Part shown: positions 24,293 through 34,299 of the stretch, piece after piece
How positions within the stretch are numbered: position 1 is the stretch's first letter
Layout of the letters: each line of letters opens with the position of its first letter
From: Deltaproteobacteria bacterium HGW-Deltaproteobacteria-13
GTDB lineage: Bacteria > Desulfobacterota > Syntrophia > Syntrophales > Smithellaceae
Assembly (NCBI GenBank): GCA_002840555.1
Contig: PHBJ01000004.1
Coordinates: 21,150 to 85,149 of the forward strand
DNA length: 64,000 bases
Reading direction: 5' to 3'
The notes under the pieces: generated by a model
Seen by the model: only the letters and a program-made list of their open reading frames with translations
What the model was told of the DNA's origin: nothing
Databases searched by the model: none
Position numbers and translations under genes: made by a program

Positions 24293-26362
24293 TTACGTTG
24301 CTATATTTAATCGCTGCCGGGCCATGCTGACGATTCCGGCAGTTTCCAGGATCAAACCAACAGTGCCATCACCCATGATGGCCCCGCCGGCCACTCCCGG
24401 AACACTATTTATTCCTTTGCCCAGTAATTTGGTCACCACCTGTATCTGGGTCAAAAGATCGTCTACAAAAAGAGCGCAACGCTGTTGTCCCTCGCCTATC
24501 ACTATCAGCAGACCGGCGGTGAGTTCGGTCTGGGCATCCGTAATATCAAAAAGTTTGTGCAACCTGAAAACCGGCAACAACTCCCCCCTGAAATCAAGCA
24601 TTTCCGCCCTTTGGTTGACCGTGTGGATATCGGATTCCACGGGTCTGACTGCTTTTTGGATGTTGGCTATGGGCAGGATGTATCTTTGGGATCCCACTTT
24701 AACAACCATTCCGTCGGTTATGGCCATGGTCAAAGGCATTCTCATAATAAAGGCACAACCCTGACCTTCCGAACTTTGAACCTCTATTCTTCCCCGCAGG
24801 GATTCCACGCCCTGACGCACCACGTCCAACCCCACTCCGCGTCCCGACACCTCGGTTACCTGCTCGGCTGTGGAGAAACCCGGCTGAAATATCATCTGCC
24901 AGACTTCCTGGTCAGTCATCCGTTCGGCTGAATCTATCAAGCCCCGTTTTATCGCCTTGTCTATTATCTTCTGACGGTTCAGCCCCCGGCCATCGTCCCA
25001 AACCGTAAGCATGATGCTGCCTTCGACACGGCCGGCCGTCAGATGAATGCGAGCATCCCCGGATTTCCCGGCCCGGCGGCGTTCTTCCGGCATTTCAATG
25101 CCGTGGTCAACCGCGTTCCGAATCAGATGAACCAGCGGATCGGCAATAATGTCAACCATGTTACGGTCAATCTCTATTTCATCCCCTTCAATCATGAAGC
25201 TTACCATCTTGCCATTTTTCTGGGAAAGGTCGCGGGCTAGCCGGGCCATTTTCTGGAAGGTGCCTTTCAGAGGAACCATACGCAAGATCATGCTTAAGTC
25301 CTGAAGTTCCCGCACGATCTTTCCGGCATGGGATATTTTTTTGTTAAGGTCGTGATGCTTACTGCCAACGATCAGTTCATCCTGTCCCACCATGGTCTGG
25401 GCAATAACCAGTTCACCGACCGTATCCAGCAGCTTGTCTAACCTGTCTATCTTGACCCTGACTGTAGACTCGGTGGTCTGGTCAGGAACCTGATTGGCGG
25501 AAGGGGCCTGATCTGTCGAAGCTTCCTTGTCTTTCCGGACAACCTTTTCCCTGGATACCGGTGATGCCGTTGATACCGGCCCGGCAGTATTTTCGATCGG
25601 CAGACCATTGACTTTTTGATCGCGGGTACCGGAGATAAAACTCCTCAACGCGCCCAGCAGATCTTCATGTCCCGAAGGCAGATTTATTTGCTGACCCGGG
25701 CCGGATGATTTCATCCTCTCCAAAATGCTTTTGATCATATCCAGCGACTTAAGGGACAGATCGGCATGGCTTCTCGTAAAAATCTCCTCGCCATCCCTGA
25801 CTTTGACCAGCATGGATTCCGCCTGATGAGCCACGTCCTTAACGCAGTCCAGATTAATGAAGGAAGAAGTTCCTTTAATGGTGTGAAACCCCCTGAATAT
25901 CGTATTGAGCAATTCCTGGTTATCCGGATCCTTTTCCCAGTTCAGGATTGCCGACTCGGCCATACTTGCGCATTCCATGTTTTCAACAATAAATTCGCTG
26001 AGCAGATCCGCGTCAAATTCCTCGGAAAGGGTAAAAATCAGCGATTCCATTTTTTCCGGCGGGACTGCTTTTTCCTGCGGTGCGCTCCGGGTTTTTTTCG
26101 GTTTTGCGCCGGAAGGATTTCGCACGCTAAGGTCCATGGCCTGCTCCAATAATTCTCCCAGACGGGCTATTCCCGCCAAACGCGATTCAGGATCCTGATC
26201 CGGCCAGGCCTCTATGTCGGCGCATGCCTGCCCTAAAATATCTTTAAGAGGTCCCTTCGATTTTTTTTGGGTAAGAATCAGGTTTTTTTTGAATTCGTTC
26301 AAATCAGAAAGATTCTCGGGATCAAGTTCGATCAATGATATAGCAAGATGATTCAGGTTCAT
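24293..26362 (-). CDS. cheA: Chemotaxis histidine kinase CheA
   Basis: Hpt FRGFHTIKG, dimerisation LD.LLD.VGELVI, HLIRNAVDHGIE, DDGRG, GFSTA..VT.VSGRGVG, CheW domain. Confidence 0.97.
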   Translation of the reverse strand: MNLNHLAISLIELDPENLSDLNEFKKNLILTQKKSKGPLKDILGQACADIEAWPDQDPESRLAGIARLGELLEQAMDLSVRNPSGAKPKKTRSAPQEKAVPPEKMESLIFTLSEEFDADLLSEFIVENMECASMAESAILNWEKDPDNQELLNTIFRGFHTIKGTSSFINLDCVKDVAHQAESMLVKVRDGEEIFTRSHADLSLKSLDMIKSILERMKSSGPGQQINLPSGHEDLLGALRSFISGTRDQKVNGLPIENTAGPVSTASPVSREKVVRKDKEASTDQAPSANQVPDQTTESTVRVKIDRLDKLLDTVGELVIAQTMVGQDELIVGSKHHDLNKKISHAGKIVRELQDLSMILRMVPLKGTFQKMARLARDLSQKNGKMVSFMIEGDEIEIDRNMVDIIADPLVHLIRNAVDHGIEMPEERRRAGKSGDARIHLTAGRVEGSIMLTVWDDGRGLNRQKIIDKAIKRGLIDSAERMTDQEVWQMIFQPGFSTAEQVTEVSGRGVGLDVVRQGVESLRGRIEVQSSEGQGCAFIMRMPLTMAITDGMVVKVGSQRYILPIANIQKAVRPVESDIHTVNQRAEMLDFRGELLPVFRLHKLFDITDAQTELTAGLLIVIGEGQQRCALFVDDLLTQIQVVTKLLGKGINSVPGVAGGAIMGDGTVGLILETAGIVSMARQRLNIAT

Positions 26363-26476
26363 TTTTTATCTTTTCAAATATTTATTTTACTGAATGCTGC
26401 ATGTCAAAAAGTTGCAGGATATAACAGAAGATATTCCCAGAAACAGCCCCCCACGTATATAAATTATTAAATGTTT

Positions 26477-26503
26477 TTATCGGCTTTGTCAATATATTGT
26501 TAT
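26477..26503 (-). promoter_or_regulatory. Probable sigma-28 (FliA) promoter for the cheA operon
   Basis: Perfect -10 GCCGATAA on the minus strand with ATAA 15 nt upstream (imperfect -35). Confidence 0.55.
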
Positions 26504-26719
26504 ACTTATTAAAATACGAGTTGTTTACACGATACCGGCAACCGGTTAACATTGATAAAAAACAGGTGGCGCATCATATCGAATCAATCATTTTTTAAGA
26601 TATTGACTCCCCAATATTTCTATAATAGGATAAATTATATGGTGAGAATGTGCGTGCGACATCTTTATGAAGACAAGCAATAGAAAACAGAGATCATTTA
26701 TTACAGAGCTGAATATTCA

Positions 26720-27622
26720 ATGAATTTTTCCCAGGTATTTGACATGGTTGATATCGGCCTTGTCATATTGGATAGAGATTTACATGTCCGCCACTGGAAC
26801 CGCTGGATGCATCTGCACAGCGGTATTGATCCCGGCAGCATAACAGGATCCATTGTTTTTGATACTTTTCCGAATTTAAAACATCCACGCTTTATTAACA
26901 AGTGTAAGGCCGTCCTAACTTTTGGCAATTTTTGTTTTTTTTCTCAAAAATTACATCACTATTTATTTCCCTTTAAACCGGCAAGTTTTTTTTATCCCGA
27001 TTTTGATTTCATGCAGCAAAGTTGTACCATGGGACCTCTGCGCGGCGAAAACGGTTCTATTGAATATATTTTCATCGCCGTTCATGACGTAACCGACACA
27101 GTGACCTTCGAGCAAAAGCTCATGGAACTCAACAGGAAGGATGCTCTAACCGGTGTTCAAAACCGCCGCAGTCTGGAAATAAACCTGAAAGAAGAAATTG
27201 AAAGAACCAGACGTTACCGCCATCCACTGAGCATGATCATGCTCGACATTGATCATTTCAAAAAAGTAAACGATACTTACGGCCATCAATGCGGTGATTA
27301 TATTTTACAGCAAATTGCCCTGGCCATTGAAAAGATCACCAGAAGCCAGGATATTTTGGCGCGTTACGGAGGAGAAGAATTCTGTTGCTTATTACCCGAA
27401 ACTTCGATAGAAGGGGCAAAATTGCTTGCGGAACGGTTTCGAAAGAAAATTTCTGAAAAAGCATACAGCTACCTTGACAAGAGCATTGCCGTAACCATCA
27501 GCCTGGGAGTATCAACCTTAAAGGAAGAAACGGATACGGCGGAAACACTTCTGGAAAAAGCGGACTCAGCGCTCTATGCGGCCAAGAATTCCGGACGCAA
27601 TCGTGTTGAAGTTGAAATATGA
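26720..27622 (+). CDS. PAS + GGDEF diguanylate cyclase
   Basis: N-terminal PAS (WNRWM..HSG), DIDHFKKVNDTYGHQCGD, RSQD I-site, RYGGEEF. Confidence 0.93.
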   Translation: MNFSQVFDMVDIGLVILDRDLHVRHWNRWMHLHSGIDPGSITGSIVFDTFPNLKHPRFINKCKAVLTFGNFCFFSQKLHHYLFPFKPASFFYPDFDFMQQSCTMGPLRGENGSIEYIFIAVHDVTDTVTFEQKLMELNRKDALTGVQNRRSLEINLKEEIERTRRYRHPLSMIMLDIDHFKKVNDTYGHQCGDYILQQIALAIEKITRSQDILARYGGEEFCCLLPETSIEGAKLLAERFRKKISEKAYSYLDKSIAVTISLGVSTLKEETDTAETLLEKADSALYAAKNSGRNRVEVEI

Positions 27623-27729
27623 AAACGGAACAATATTTTCAGGAAAATAAGGCAAAGTAAATTTTACAGTTTTCCAATAAACTGTTATATAAACACAGAG
27701 AATAGGATATCTCTTAACAAGAGGTTTTT

Positions 27730-28110
27730 ATGATTAAAAAAATATTAATTGTTGACGACTCTGTTATATCTGTAAAGATAATGAAGAGCTGTATCCCCAA
27801 AGATAAAGACTACGAATTGTTTGATGCATCCGATGGTCAGCAAGGTGTAGAAAAATATAAGGAAATTAAACCCGATCTCACTTTTATGGATCTGACGATG
27901 CCCGTCATGGATGGGTTTCAGGCCCTGGAAGAAATTGTAAAATTAGATCAAAAAGCAATGGTCATCATTTGTACGGCGGATGTGCAAATCAAGGCCATTG
28001 CCAAAGCCCATAAACTGGGCGCTTTTTCAGTTGTTAAAAAGCCGCCGGCAAAAGAATCTATAGCAGCGGCCATCAAAGAAGCGGAAGAGGCTCTGGCCAC
28101 GCGTGGATAA
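27730..28110 (+). CDS. Single-domain response regulator (CheY-like)
   Basis: ILIVDDS, FMDLTMPVMDG, TADVQ, KKP. Confidence 0.88.
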   Translation: MIKKILIVDDSVISVKIMKSCIPKDKDYELFDASDGQQGVEKYKEIKPDLTFMDLTMPVMDGFQALEEIVKLDQKAMVIICTADVQIKAIAKAHKLGAFSVVKKPPAKESIAAAIKEAEEALATRG

Positions 28111-28113
28111 CGT

Positions 28114-28755
28114 ATGTTAAAAAACACCAAAGTGATGATTACGGCCGAAGAAACTGATATCCTGCAGGAAATCATGAATATTGCTTTTGGCCGCGCAGCC
28201 GCGGATCTTGCCGAGTGTATAGATATCTTTGTTCTCCTGAGTACGCCTGATATCAAACTTCTGCAAGCTTCTGATCTTCCGGCATACGTCAGCAGCGAGC
28301 TCCAGAAATTCGATAAAGTATCCGTTGTCGAACAGAATTTTTGGGGTAAATTTAAAGGAAGCGCTTTTTTGTTTTTTCCCTCCGGAACCGGGAGAAGAAT
28401 GGTTTCTCTGTTTGACGGCGGAGATAAATTTCTCGAGTCGGATCCTATTCATGAACTGGAAAAAGAAACCTTTCTGGAAATCGGCAACATTCTGATCGGA
28501 GCCTGCATCGGGAAAATTGCCGAACTTTTAGGAGATGTTTCCACTTATTCACCGCCTCGTGTTCTCGTTGAAAAAAGTCAGCACGACATCGTCTCCAACA
28601 GCCTGATTGCTCCTGATAATGTAGCCATTGTTTTAAGGACGGTCTTCGAATTTAACGAGAAAAACATCAGCGGCTATCTGTTTATTGTCACCAAACAGGA
28701 ATCTTTTGCCTGGTTAAAGTCTGCTTTGAACAAATACGTAGAACAGTTCGAATAG
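28114..28755 (+). CDS. cheC: CheC-like phosphatase
   Basis: Two ExxN motifs (LQEIMNIAFG, FLEIGNILIG), YSPP. Confidence 0.8.
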   Translation: MLKNTKVMITAEETDILQEIMNIAFGRAAADLAECIDIFVLLSTPDIKLLQASDLPAYVSSELQKFDKVSVVEQNFWGKFKGSAFLFFPSGTGRRMVSLFDGGDKFLESDPIHELEKETFLEIGNILIGACIGKIAELLGDVSTYSPPRVLVEKSQHDIVSNSLIAPDNVAIVLRTVFEFNEKNISGYLFIVTKQESFAWLKSALNKYVEQFE

Positions 28756-28770
28756 TATGGCGAACCCTAT

Positions 28771-29421
28771 TTAAAGACGCAGATACGGCAGCATCATCTC
28801 TTCCAGCTTTTTTCTCTGATTTTCAAATTCAGCTTTATCCATTTCTGACGGCAATTCAATTCTCGCAAGATATTTCACAGTAACGCGGGAGAAAGGTTTA
28901 GGAATCATAAACCTGTCCCAGCTGTGTAAATACCAGGCACGATCAGCAATGACAACTCCGGGCACGATCACGGCACCCGCTCCGTGGGCAATGGCAATAG
29001 CGCCGAGCTTGGCCACTCCCGCGGGTCCACGCGGCCCGTCAAGAATGTGCGCCGCCAGACGGTAATCTCTCAACCTGTAAATCATGCCTTTAAGGGCAGC
29101 GCTTGCACTTCGGGAAGAAGAGCCCCACACGGTGTGGAACCCTGCCCGCCCGGCAATGCCGCCGGCAATCTGTCCGTCCAGACTTTTGGAAGACATCAGG
29201 GCCGGCTCATATTTTCTGTACTTTTTAAAAAAACGAATCCCTACAAAAAACTGCTGATGCCAACCGCACAGAAGGACCTTCCCTCCTTGTTCCAGATAAT
29301 GAAACCATTCATTTTCATTTTCTATTTTCAGCCGGAACGTCGAACAATAAAGCCGTGCAATCCAGTAAATAAAAGCTCCGGCAGTCCTGGTTTTAGCGAT
29401 TTTACGTAATTTTTTAAACAT
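28771..29421 (-). CDS. DUF374 / lysophospholipid acyltransferase family protein
   Basis: WH, S.S.DG, GSSSR, DGPRGP, SWDRFMIPKPFS. Confidence 0.85.
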   Translation of the reverse strand: MFKKLRKIAKTRTAGAFIYWIARLYCSTFRLKIENENEWFHYLEQGGKVLLCGWHQQFFVGIRFFKKYRKYEPALMSSKSLDGQIAGGIAGRAGFHTVWGSSSRSASAALKGMIYRLRDYRLAAHILDGPRGPAGVAKLGAIAIAHGAGAVIVPGVVIADRAWYLHSWDRFMIPKPFSRVTVKYLARIELPSEMDKAEFENQRKKLEEMMLPYLRL

Positions 29422-29575
29422 CTTTGATTCCCCATGTTATATATTCTTAAAATAATCATGAATACTCAATGAGTGCAAGCGCGAATTTTATTTTGACTTG
29501 ATTATCGATGTAAGATTGTTTAAATAATTTATGGGTGAACAGTTTTGCCGGACAGACAGGTGCGAGGAATCTTTT

Positions 29576-31147
29576 ATGACTCATCCCCGATTAATTGAAA
29601 CCATGAAAAAACCTGATTTTTACCCTCATCATCCGGCAGAGGTTGAATTCATCCAGACCCATATTTCTTATGTTTTTATCGCCGGAGATATTGTTTATAA
29701 AGTTAAAAAACATCTCCAATTTGATTTTCTGGATTTCACAAGTCTGGAAAAACGAAAATTCTACTGTGAAGAAGAGCTGAGATTAAATAGACGCCTTGCC
29801 CCCGACACCTATCTGGATGTTGTTGCGATATCACGAGACTCCCAAGGGAACTTTACATTAGATAAGGGAGCAGAGATTATTGATTACGCTGTGCGGATGA
29901 AAAAGCTTCCTGCCGACAGAATGCTCAAAACACTTCTTTCAAAGGGAATGGCCGATGAAAAAATAATGGATGCCGTGGCCCGGAAAATTGCCGTTTTTCA
30001 TCAACAGGCTCAAACAGGCGGCCACATTGACGAAATGGGAGATATTGAAAACATTCGTCTCAATAACGAGGAAAATTTCGCCGAAACAACAAAATATATC
30101 AATGTCACCGTTCCCGAATATCAATATAAATTCATCAGGGATTACGTGAGAAAATTTCTGACTGCGAAGAAAGCGCTTTTTGCCAAAAGGGTAGCCGGTC
30201 ACAAGATCAGGGATTGTCACGGTGATTTGCATCTTGATCACATTTGCATAACGGATGACATCGTCATTTTCGACTGCATCGAATTTAACGAGCGCTTCCG
30301 CTGCGGCGATGTCGCGGAAGATGTGGCTTTCTTAACGATGGATATTGATTTCAACGGCTTCCCCCGGCACGCCGATGATTTCGTACAATCCTATGTTAAA
30401 TATTCCGGCGATGCCGACATGCTCACCCTGCTGAATTTTTACCGTTGTTATTACGCTTACGTGCGCGGGAAAGTAAACGGGTTTCGTCTGGCTCAAAAGG
30501 AAGTTACAAAAAATGAACGCGCGGAAATTACAAAAACCGCAGCAAAATACTTTGATCTTGCTTACACCTACGCCGCCCGTTTGGATCAACCGGTGTTAAT
30601 TTTAACCGCGGGACTGATGGGTTCGGGAAAAAGTTATCAGGCGCGCACACTCGCATCCCGTTTTGGCGCGGAAGTCATTCGCACCGATATCCTGCGCAAA
30701 GAATCATTCCGGATGGAACCTACCGACCGGCGTTATGAAGATTTCGGCCGGGGTATTTATTCCGACGATATTTCCCTTCTTATCTACAACAAGGCTTTTG
30801 ATCTGGCCGAACAGAAAATCAGACAGGGAAAACCGGTGATTATTGACGCTTCCTTCAAGAGACGGACCGAGCGGCAAAGGGCGCTGGATCTGGCGCGGAA
30901 TCTCGGCATTCGTTTTTATATCCTGGAATGCGTCTGTCCCGATGACATAACCAAGAGACGTCTGGAAAGAAGAGTACGGGAAAACAATAATGCCTCAGAC
31001 GGACGATGGGAACTGTTTCAAAAGCAGAAAGACGAATTTGACGCCATTGATGAAGTGCCGGATGATTGTCACATTAAGATTGACACTTCCGCCAACCCGG
31101 AAATCAAGCGGCAGGATATTATCAGAAAAATTAAATGGGAAGAATAA
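29576..31147 (+). CDS. Aminoglycoside-phosphotransferase-like + P-loop (gluconate kinase-like) fusion protein
   Basis: IQTHIS, EELRLNRRLAP, RDCHGDLHL, FDCIEFN; C-terminal GLMGSGKS and SDGRW. Confidence 0.88.
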   Translation: MTHPRLIETMKKPDFYPHHPAEVEFIQTHISYVFIAGDIVYKVKKHLQFDFLDFTSLEKRKFYCEEELRLNRRLAPDTYLDVVAISRDSQGNFTLDKGAEIIDYAVRMKKLPADRMLKTLLSKGMADEKIMDAVARKIAVFHQQAQTGGHIDEMGDIENIRLNNEENFAETTKYINVTVPEYQYKFIRDYVRKFLTAKKALFAKRVAGHKIRDCHGDLHLDHICITDDIVIFDCIEFNERFRCGDVAEDVAFLTMDIDFNGFPRHADDFVQSYVKYSGDADMLTLLNFYRCYYAYVRGKVNGFRLAQKEVTKNERAEITKTAAKYFDLAYTYAARLDQPVLILTAGLMGSGKSYQARTLASRFGAEVIRTDILRKESFRMEPTDRRYEDFGRGIYSDDISLLIYNKAFDLAEQKIRQGKPVIIDASFKRRTERQRALDLARNLGIRFYILECVCPDDITKRRLERRVRENNNASDGRWELFQKQKDEFDAIDEVPDDCHIKIDTSANPEIKRQDIIRKIKWEE

Positions 31148-31176
31148 ATTCGGATTTAATCAGGTTAATATAAATA

Positions 31177-31965
31177 TTATTTTTTTGCGGCTTTTTGTTT
31201 CTTTTCTTCCTCTTTCTTTTTCTTCTCTTCCTCTTTCTTCGCCTTTTCCGCCTCTTCTTTTAATTTCAGTTTTTCTTCCTCGGCGATTTTTGCTTTGGTT
31301 TCACTAATGTAATACTCGATCTTATAGTCGAGGCCGAGGTTGGCGTAATCACTCGCCACTTTCTCAAAACGCGCAAGGGCTGCCTGATATTTTTTCTGTT
31401 TGAGGTAATAATTCCCCACGTAAAATTCCCGTTCGGCAAGTTTCTGTCTGACTTCCCGCAGCATTTTTCCAGCCATGGTTGAGAATTTACTTTCAGGATA
31501 TCGCGCGATCAACCTTTCCCATTCCTTTTTGGCGGCAATCGTTTCCGTCTGATCGCGATCAACCGATTCCATCTGATTATAATGGCACATTCCCAACTGA
31601 TAAATGGCGTAAGGAACATTTTCGTTTATGGGATGAAGAGAAATAAAGTCCATGTAAGCGCTCTCCGCCGTAGCGTATTCCTTATCACTGTACATGGAAT
31701 CGGCCACCCCGATCTCCGCTAAAATGGCCATATCGTGCAATGGATATTCTTCCTTGAGGCGCAGGAAATATTCCTGAGCTTTTTTATAATGGCCGTCCCT
31801 GTATTCAGCGGACGCCCGTGAATAAAGTCCTTCGGGAGAAGCTTTAACCGTTTCTTTTTTACCAAATAAATCCGAAAACGAAAAGCCGCTGATAATCAAC
31901 AACACTGATAAAGCAAACAAAATGATACTTAATCTTTTTATTCTTCTGAATATTCGTGAATACAT
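31177..31965 (-). CDS. bamD: Outer membrane protein assembly factor BamD
   Basis: TPR-like helices, F..LHP, DRDQ, YP.S, LAEREFYVG.YY, AA..RF. Confidence 0.85.
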   Translation of the reverse strand: MYSRIFRRIKRLSIILFALSVLLIISGFSFSDLFGKKETVKASPEGLYSRASAEYRDGHYKKAQEYFLRLKEEYPLHDMAILAEIGVADSMYSDKEYATAESAYMDFISLHPINENVPYAIYQLGMCHYNQMESVDRDQTETIAAKKEWERLIARYPESKFSTMAGKMLREVRQKLAEREFYVGNYYLKQKKYQAALARFEKVASDYANLGLDYKIEYYISETKAKIAEEEKLKLKEEAEKAKKEEEKKKKEEEKKQKAAKK

Positions 31966-31994
31966 CGAATCACAACCTTTTCATTTAAATAATT

Positions 31995-32324
31995 TTATAA
32001 GGATTTTTTTATGAAATCTTCAAGTCTTGTCTGGGGAACGAGACCAACGAGAGTATCCAATACCTGGCCGTCTTTAAAAAGAATAAGGGTCGGTATACTG
32101 CGCACGGTATATTTAAGCGCTGTCTTTTGATTTTCATCAACATTCAATTTCATAATTTTAACATTATCTTTAAACTGTTCCGCAAGTTGTTCCACAATAG
32201 GCCCGATAGCTTTGCATGGACCGCACCAGGGAGCCCAGAAATCAATAAGCACCGGTTTTGCGCTTTTCAAAACTTCATTTTCAAAGTTATCATCGGTGGC
32301 AACACCTAAATATTGACTGCTCAT
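31995..32324 (-). CDS. trxA: Thioredoxin
   Basis: DFWAPWCGPCK, SIPTL; GGAGG RBS before ATG 32324. Confidence 0.95.
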   Translation of the reverse strand: MSSQYLGVATDDNFENEVLKSAKPVLIDFWAPWCGPCKAIGPIVEQLAEQFKDNVKIMKLNVDENQKTALKYTVRSIPTLILFKDGQVLDTLVGLVPQTRLEDFIKKSL

Positions 32325-32564
32325 AAGTAACGCCTCCTGACTTTTTATTGCAAGGTTATATGTCATAATAAAACCATGAAAGTCAAATGCTATCTGATGG
32401 CATAAAAATAATAACAAATCGCGCGGAACCTGACACTTCATGAGATTATCCGGCAATCAACTTTCTATTATTATTTATGTTTGTCTCCCGTCGGCGGAGG
32501 ATAAGTTCATTTTTTTGACTGCATGACATTAATTTGCTATAGAAACTGCATCAAAGGAGATTTT

Positions 32565-33275
32565 ATGGGTATTTTGGGCGTTATTTCCAACAAACTGGTC
32601 ATGGAAAGAAGCGATTTATTAAAAAATAGCAAGGCCAAATTGATGAAAAATAAATTTGGCCTCGCATCTGTTCTGATGACGGATGAAGTAGCCTGGATTC
32701 CCCGGCACAACAATGACCCTGATAATTATACTTTACCGCATTTGATCAATTATCGTGCCAATTTACAAGCGCTAAAGGATCTGGAAGTTACTGAAATAGT
32801 GGGCATAAACTCCACCGGCTCATTAAAAAAAGACTTATCTCCCGGAATGATTGTCATTCCAGATGATTTTATTACATTGACGGCAACACCAACGATTCAT
32901 CAAAACAGCGCGGTCCATATCATTCCGTCATTAAACGAGAAGGTGCGGCAAAAGCTCATCAAAGCGGCGCAAAACAGCAAAATTGAAGTTGTCGTTAACG
33001 GAACATACTGGCAAACGCAGGGGCCCCGTCTGGAAACTAAAGCGGAAATCAAAATGATGGCCAATTTTGCCGATATTGTCGGCATGACCATGGCCAATGA
33101 AGCCGTCATTGCACTGGAATTGGATATACCTTATGCCTGCGTCTGTTCTATTGATAACTTCGGCAACGGCCTTTTGGATAAGCCTTTAAATATGGAAGAA
33201 ATCATTGCCGGCACCCGTAAAAACGCCGATTCCATGATTCAATTACTGCACGGCTACCTGAAATTATCCGCTTAA
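32565..33275 (+). CDS. MTAP/purine nucleoside phosphorylase family
   Basis: PRH, PHLINYRAN, GPRLETKAE, VGMT. Confidence 0.88.
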   Translation: MGILGVISNKLVMERSDLLKNSKAKLMKNKFGLASVLMTDEVAWIPRHNNDPDNYTLPHLINYRANLQALKDLEVTEIVGINSTGSLKKDLSPGMIVIPDDFITLTATPTIHQNSAVHIIPSLNEKVRQKLIKAAQNSKIEVVVNGTYWQTQGPRLETKAEIKMMANFADIVGMTMANEAVIALELDIPYACVCSIDNFGNGLLDKPLNMEEIIAGTRKNADSMIQLLHGYLKLSA

Positions 33276-33279
33276 AAAA

Positions 33280-33714
33280 TCAGAATGCCCCCAATTGACA
33301 CGGCTTTATTTTTATCTGCATCACCTCGCAAGCGGCACAAACCTTCATTCGGGGAATCATTAATTTTTCTGCAATTTCCCAGGCCGCGGCACAGGAAAGC
33401 TTTCCATCTTTCAGGGAAGAGGCTATCTTTTCTTGCAATTCCGGCGCTGCATCTTTGGCAGGCTTGACAATTTTTTTAGTCTCGCCATAACCGAAAATCC
33501 CCAGCTGGCATTCAACAATATTGATATTCAAAATATCAATAGCTTTACCGATCTCACCGAGCGTCAGCCTTTTATTGCCGGCAATTTCCTCCGCCGTTTT
33601 ACAGGAAATATTATTATCTTTTGTCTGTTTGAGAATCTCCTGTTTCAGATCTTCATCAATTTTGGAATCCGGAGGATGCTTCTTAAAATATTTTCCTTTA
33701 TCTTCATGTGCCAT
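33280..33714 (-). CDS. Hypothetical protein with duplicated C..A...CQLG.F module
   Basis: Internal repeat ISCKTA...ECQLGIF / LSCAAA...PCQLGAF; GGAG RBS. Confidence 0.7.
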   Translation of the reverse strand: MAHEDKGKYFKKHPPDSKIDEDLKQEILKQTKDNNISCKTAEEIAGNKRLTLGEIGKAIDILNINIVECQLGIFGYGETKKIVKPAKDAAPELQEKIASSLKDGKLSCAAAWEIAEKLMIPRMKVCAACEVMQIKIKPCQLGAF

Positions 33715-33750
33715 AATGTTCTCCCTCCTATGAAATAATATTCGAGAAAA

Positions 33751-33832
33751 TGTCATTCCGAATCCCGACTTTGGGGGATGAGGAATCTAATAATACAAGG
33801 CATCAGGACTTCTGCCTTTGGTCGAAGTGACA
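33751..33832. repeat. REP/MITE-like palindromic element (TGTCATTCC...GGAATCT...TGACA type)
   Basis: Terminal TGTCA/TGACA and internal ATTCC/GGAAT; related copies at 42783 and 42830. Confidence 0.55.
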
Positions 33833-33847
33833 AGAAACGCAGGGGCG

Positions 33848-34279
33848 CTACATATTAGAGAGCGATTGCGTATCCAGCGTTTTAAATCCTTTTTCTTCCA
33901 GAATCTTTTCCGTCTTTTGCCTTTGATCAACGTCAACCACAAACACGGCTTTTTTCGAACTCTCCAGCACAAAGCCGTAAGCGTTATTGATGTTGATGCC
34001 CTCCTGATAAAGCAGCTGCATCAATTTATCCAATCCGCCGGGAGTATCGGGAATCAAAACCGCCAGGACTTCCCGCAGATGCACCGTCATTCCCGCCGCC
34101 GCAAGAGCCGCTTCCGCACGCTTCGGATCATCGACAATCAGATTAATAATGCCGAAGGTATCCGCTGTCGCTATCGTCGTGGCGCGGATATTTATTTTTT
34201 CTTTAGCCAGAGCGCCGGTGATTTGAGCAAGTTTTCCGGACTTATTTTCCGCAAAAATCGAAAGCTGATAAGCAATCAT
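33848..34279 (-). CDS. ACT domain-containing protein
   Basis: QLSIFAENKSG.L, INIRA, FGI, D.PGGL, AY. Confidence 0.9.
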   Translation of the reverse strand: MIAYQLSIFAENKSGKLAQITGALAKEKINIRATTIATADTFGIINLIVDDPKRAEAALAAAGMTVHLREVLAVLIPDTPGGLDKLMQLLYQEGININNAYGFVLESSKKAVFVVDVDQRQKTEKILEEKGFKTLDTQSLSNM

Positions 34280-34299
34280 ACTTTTCTCCTTCTATTGGT

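Noticed and set aside
31177-31290. Purine-rich repeat-like tract on the minus strand
   Set aside because: It encodes the Lys/Glu-rich C-terminal tail of BamD.
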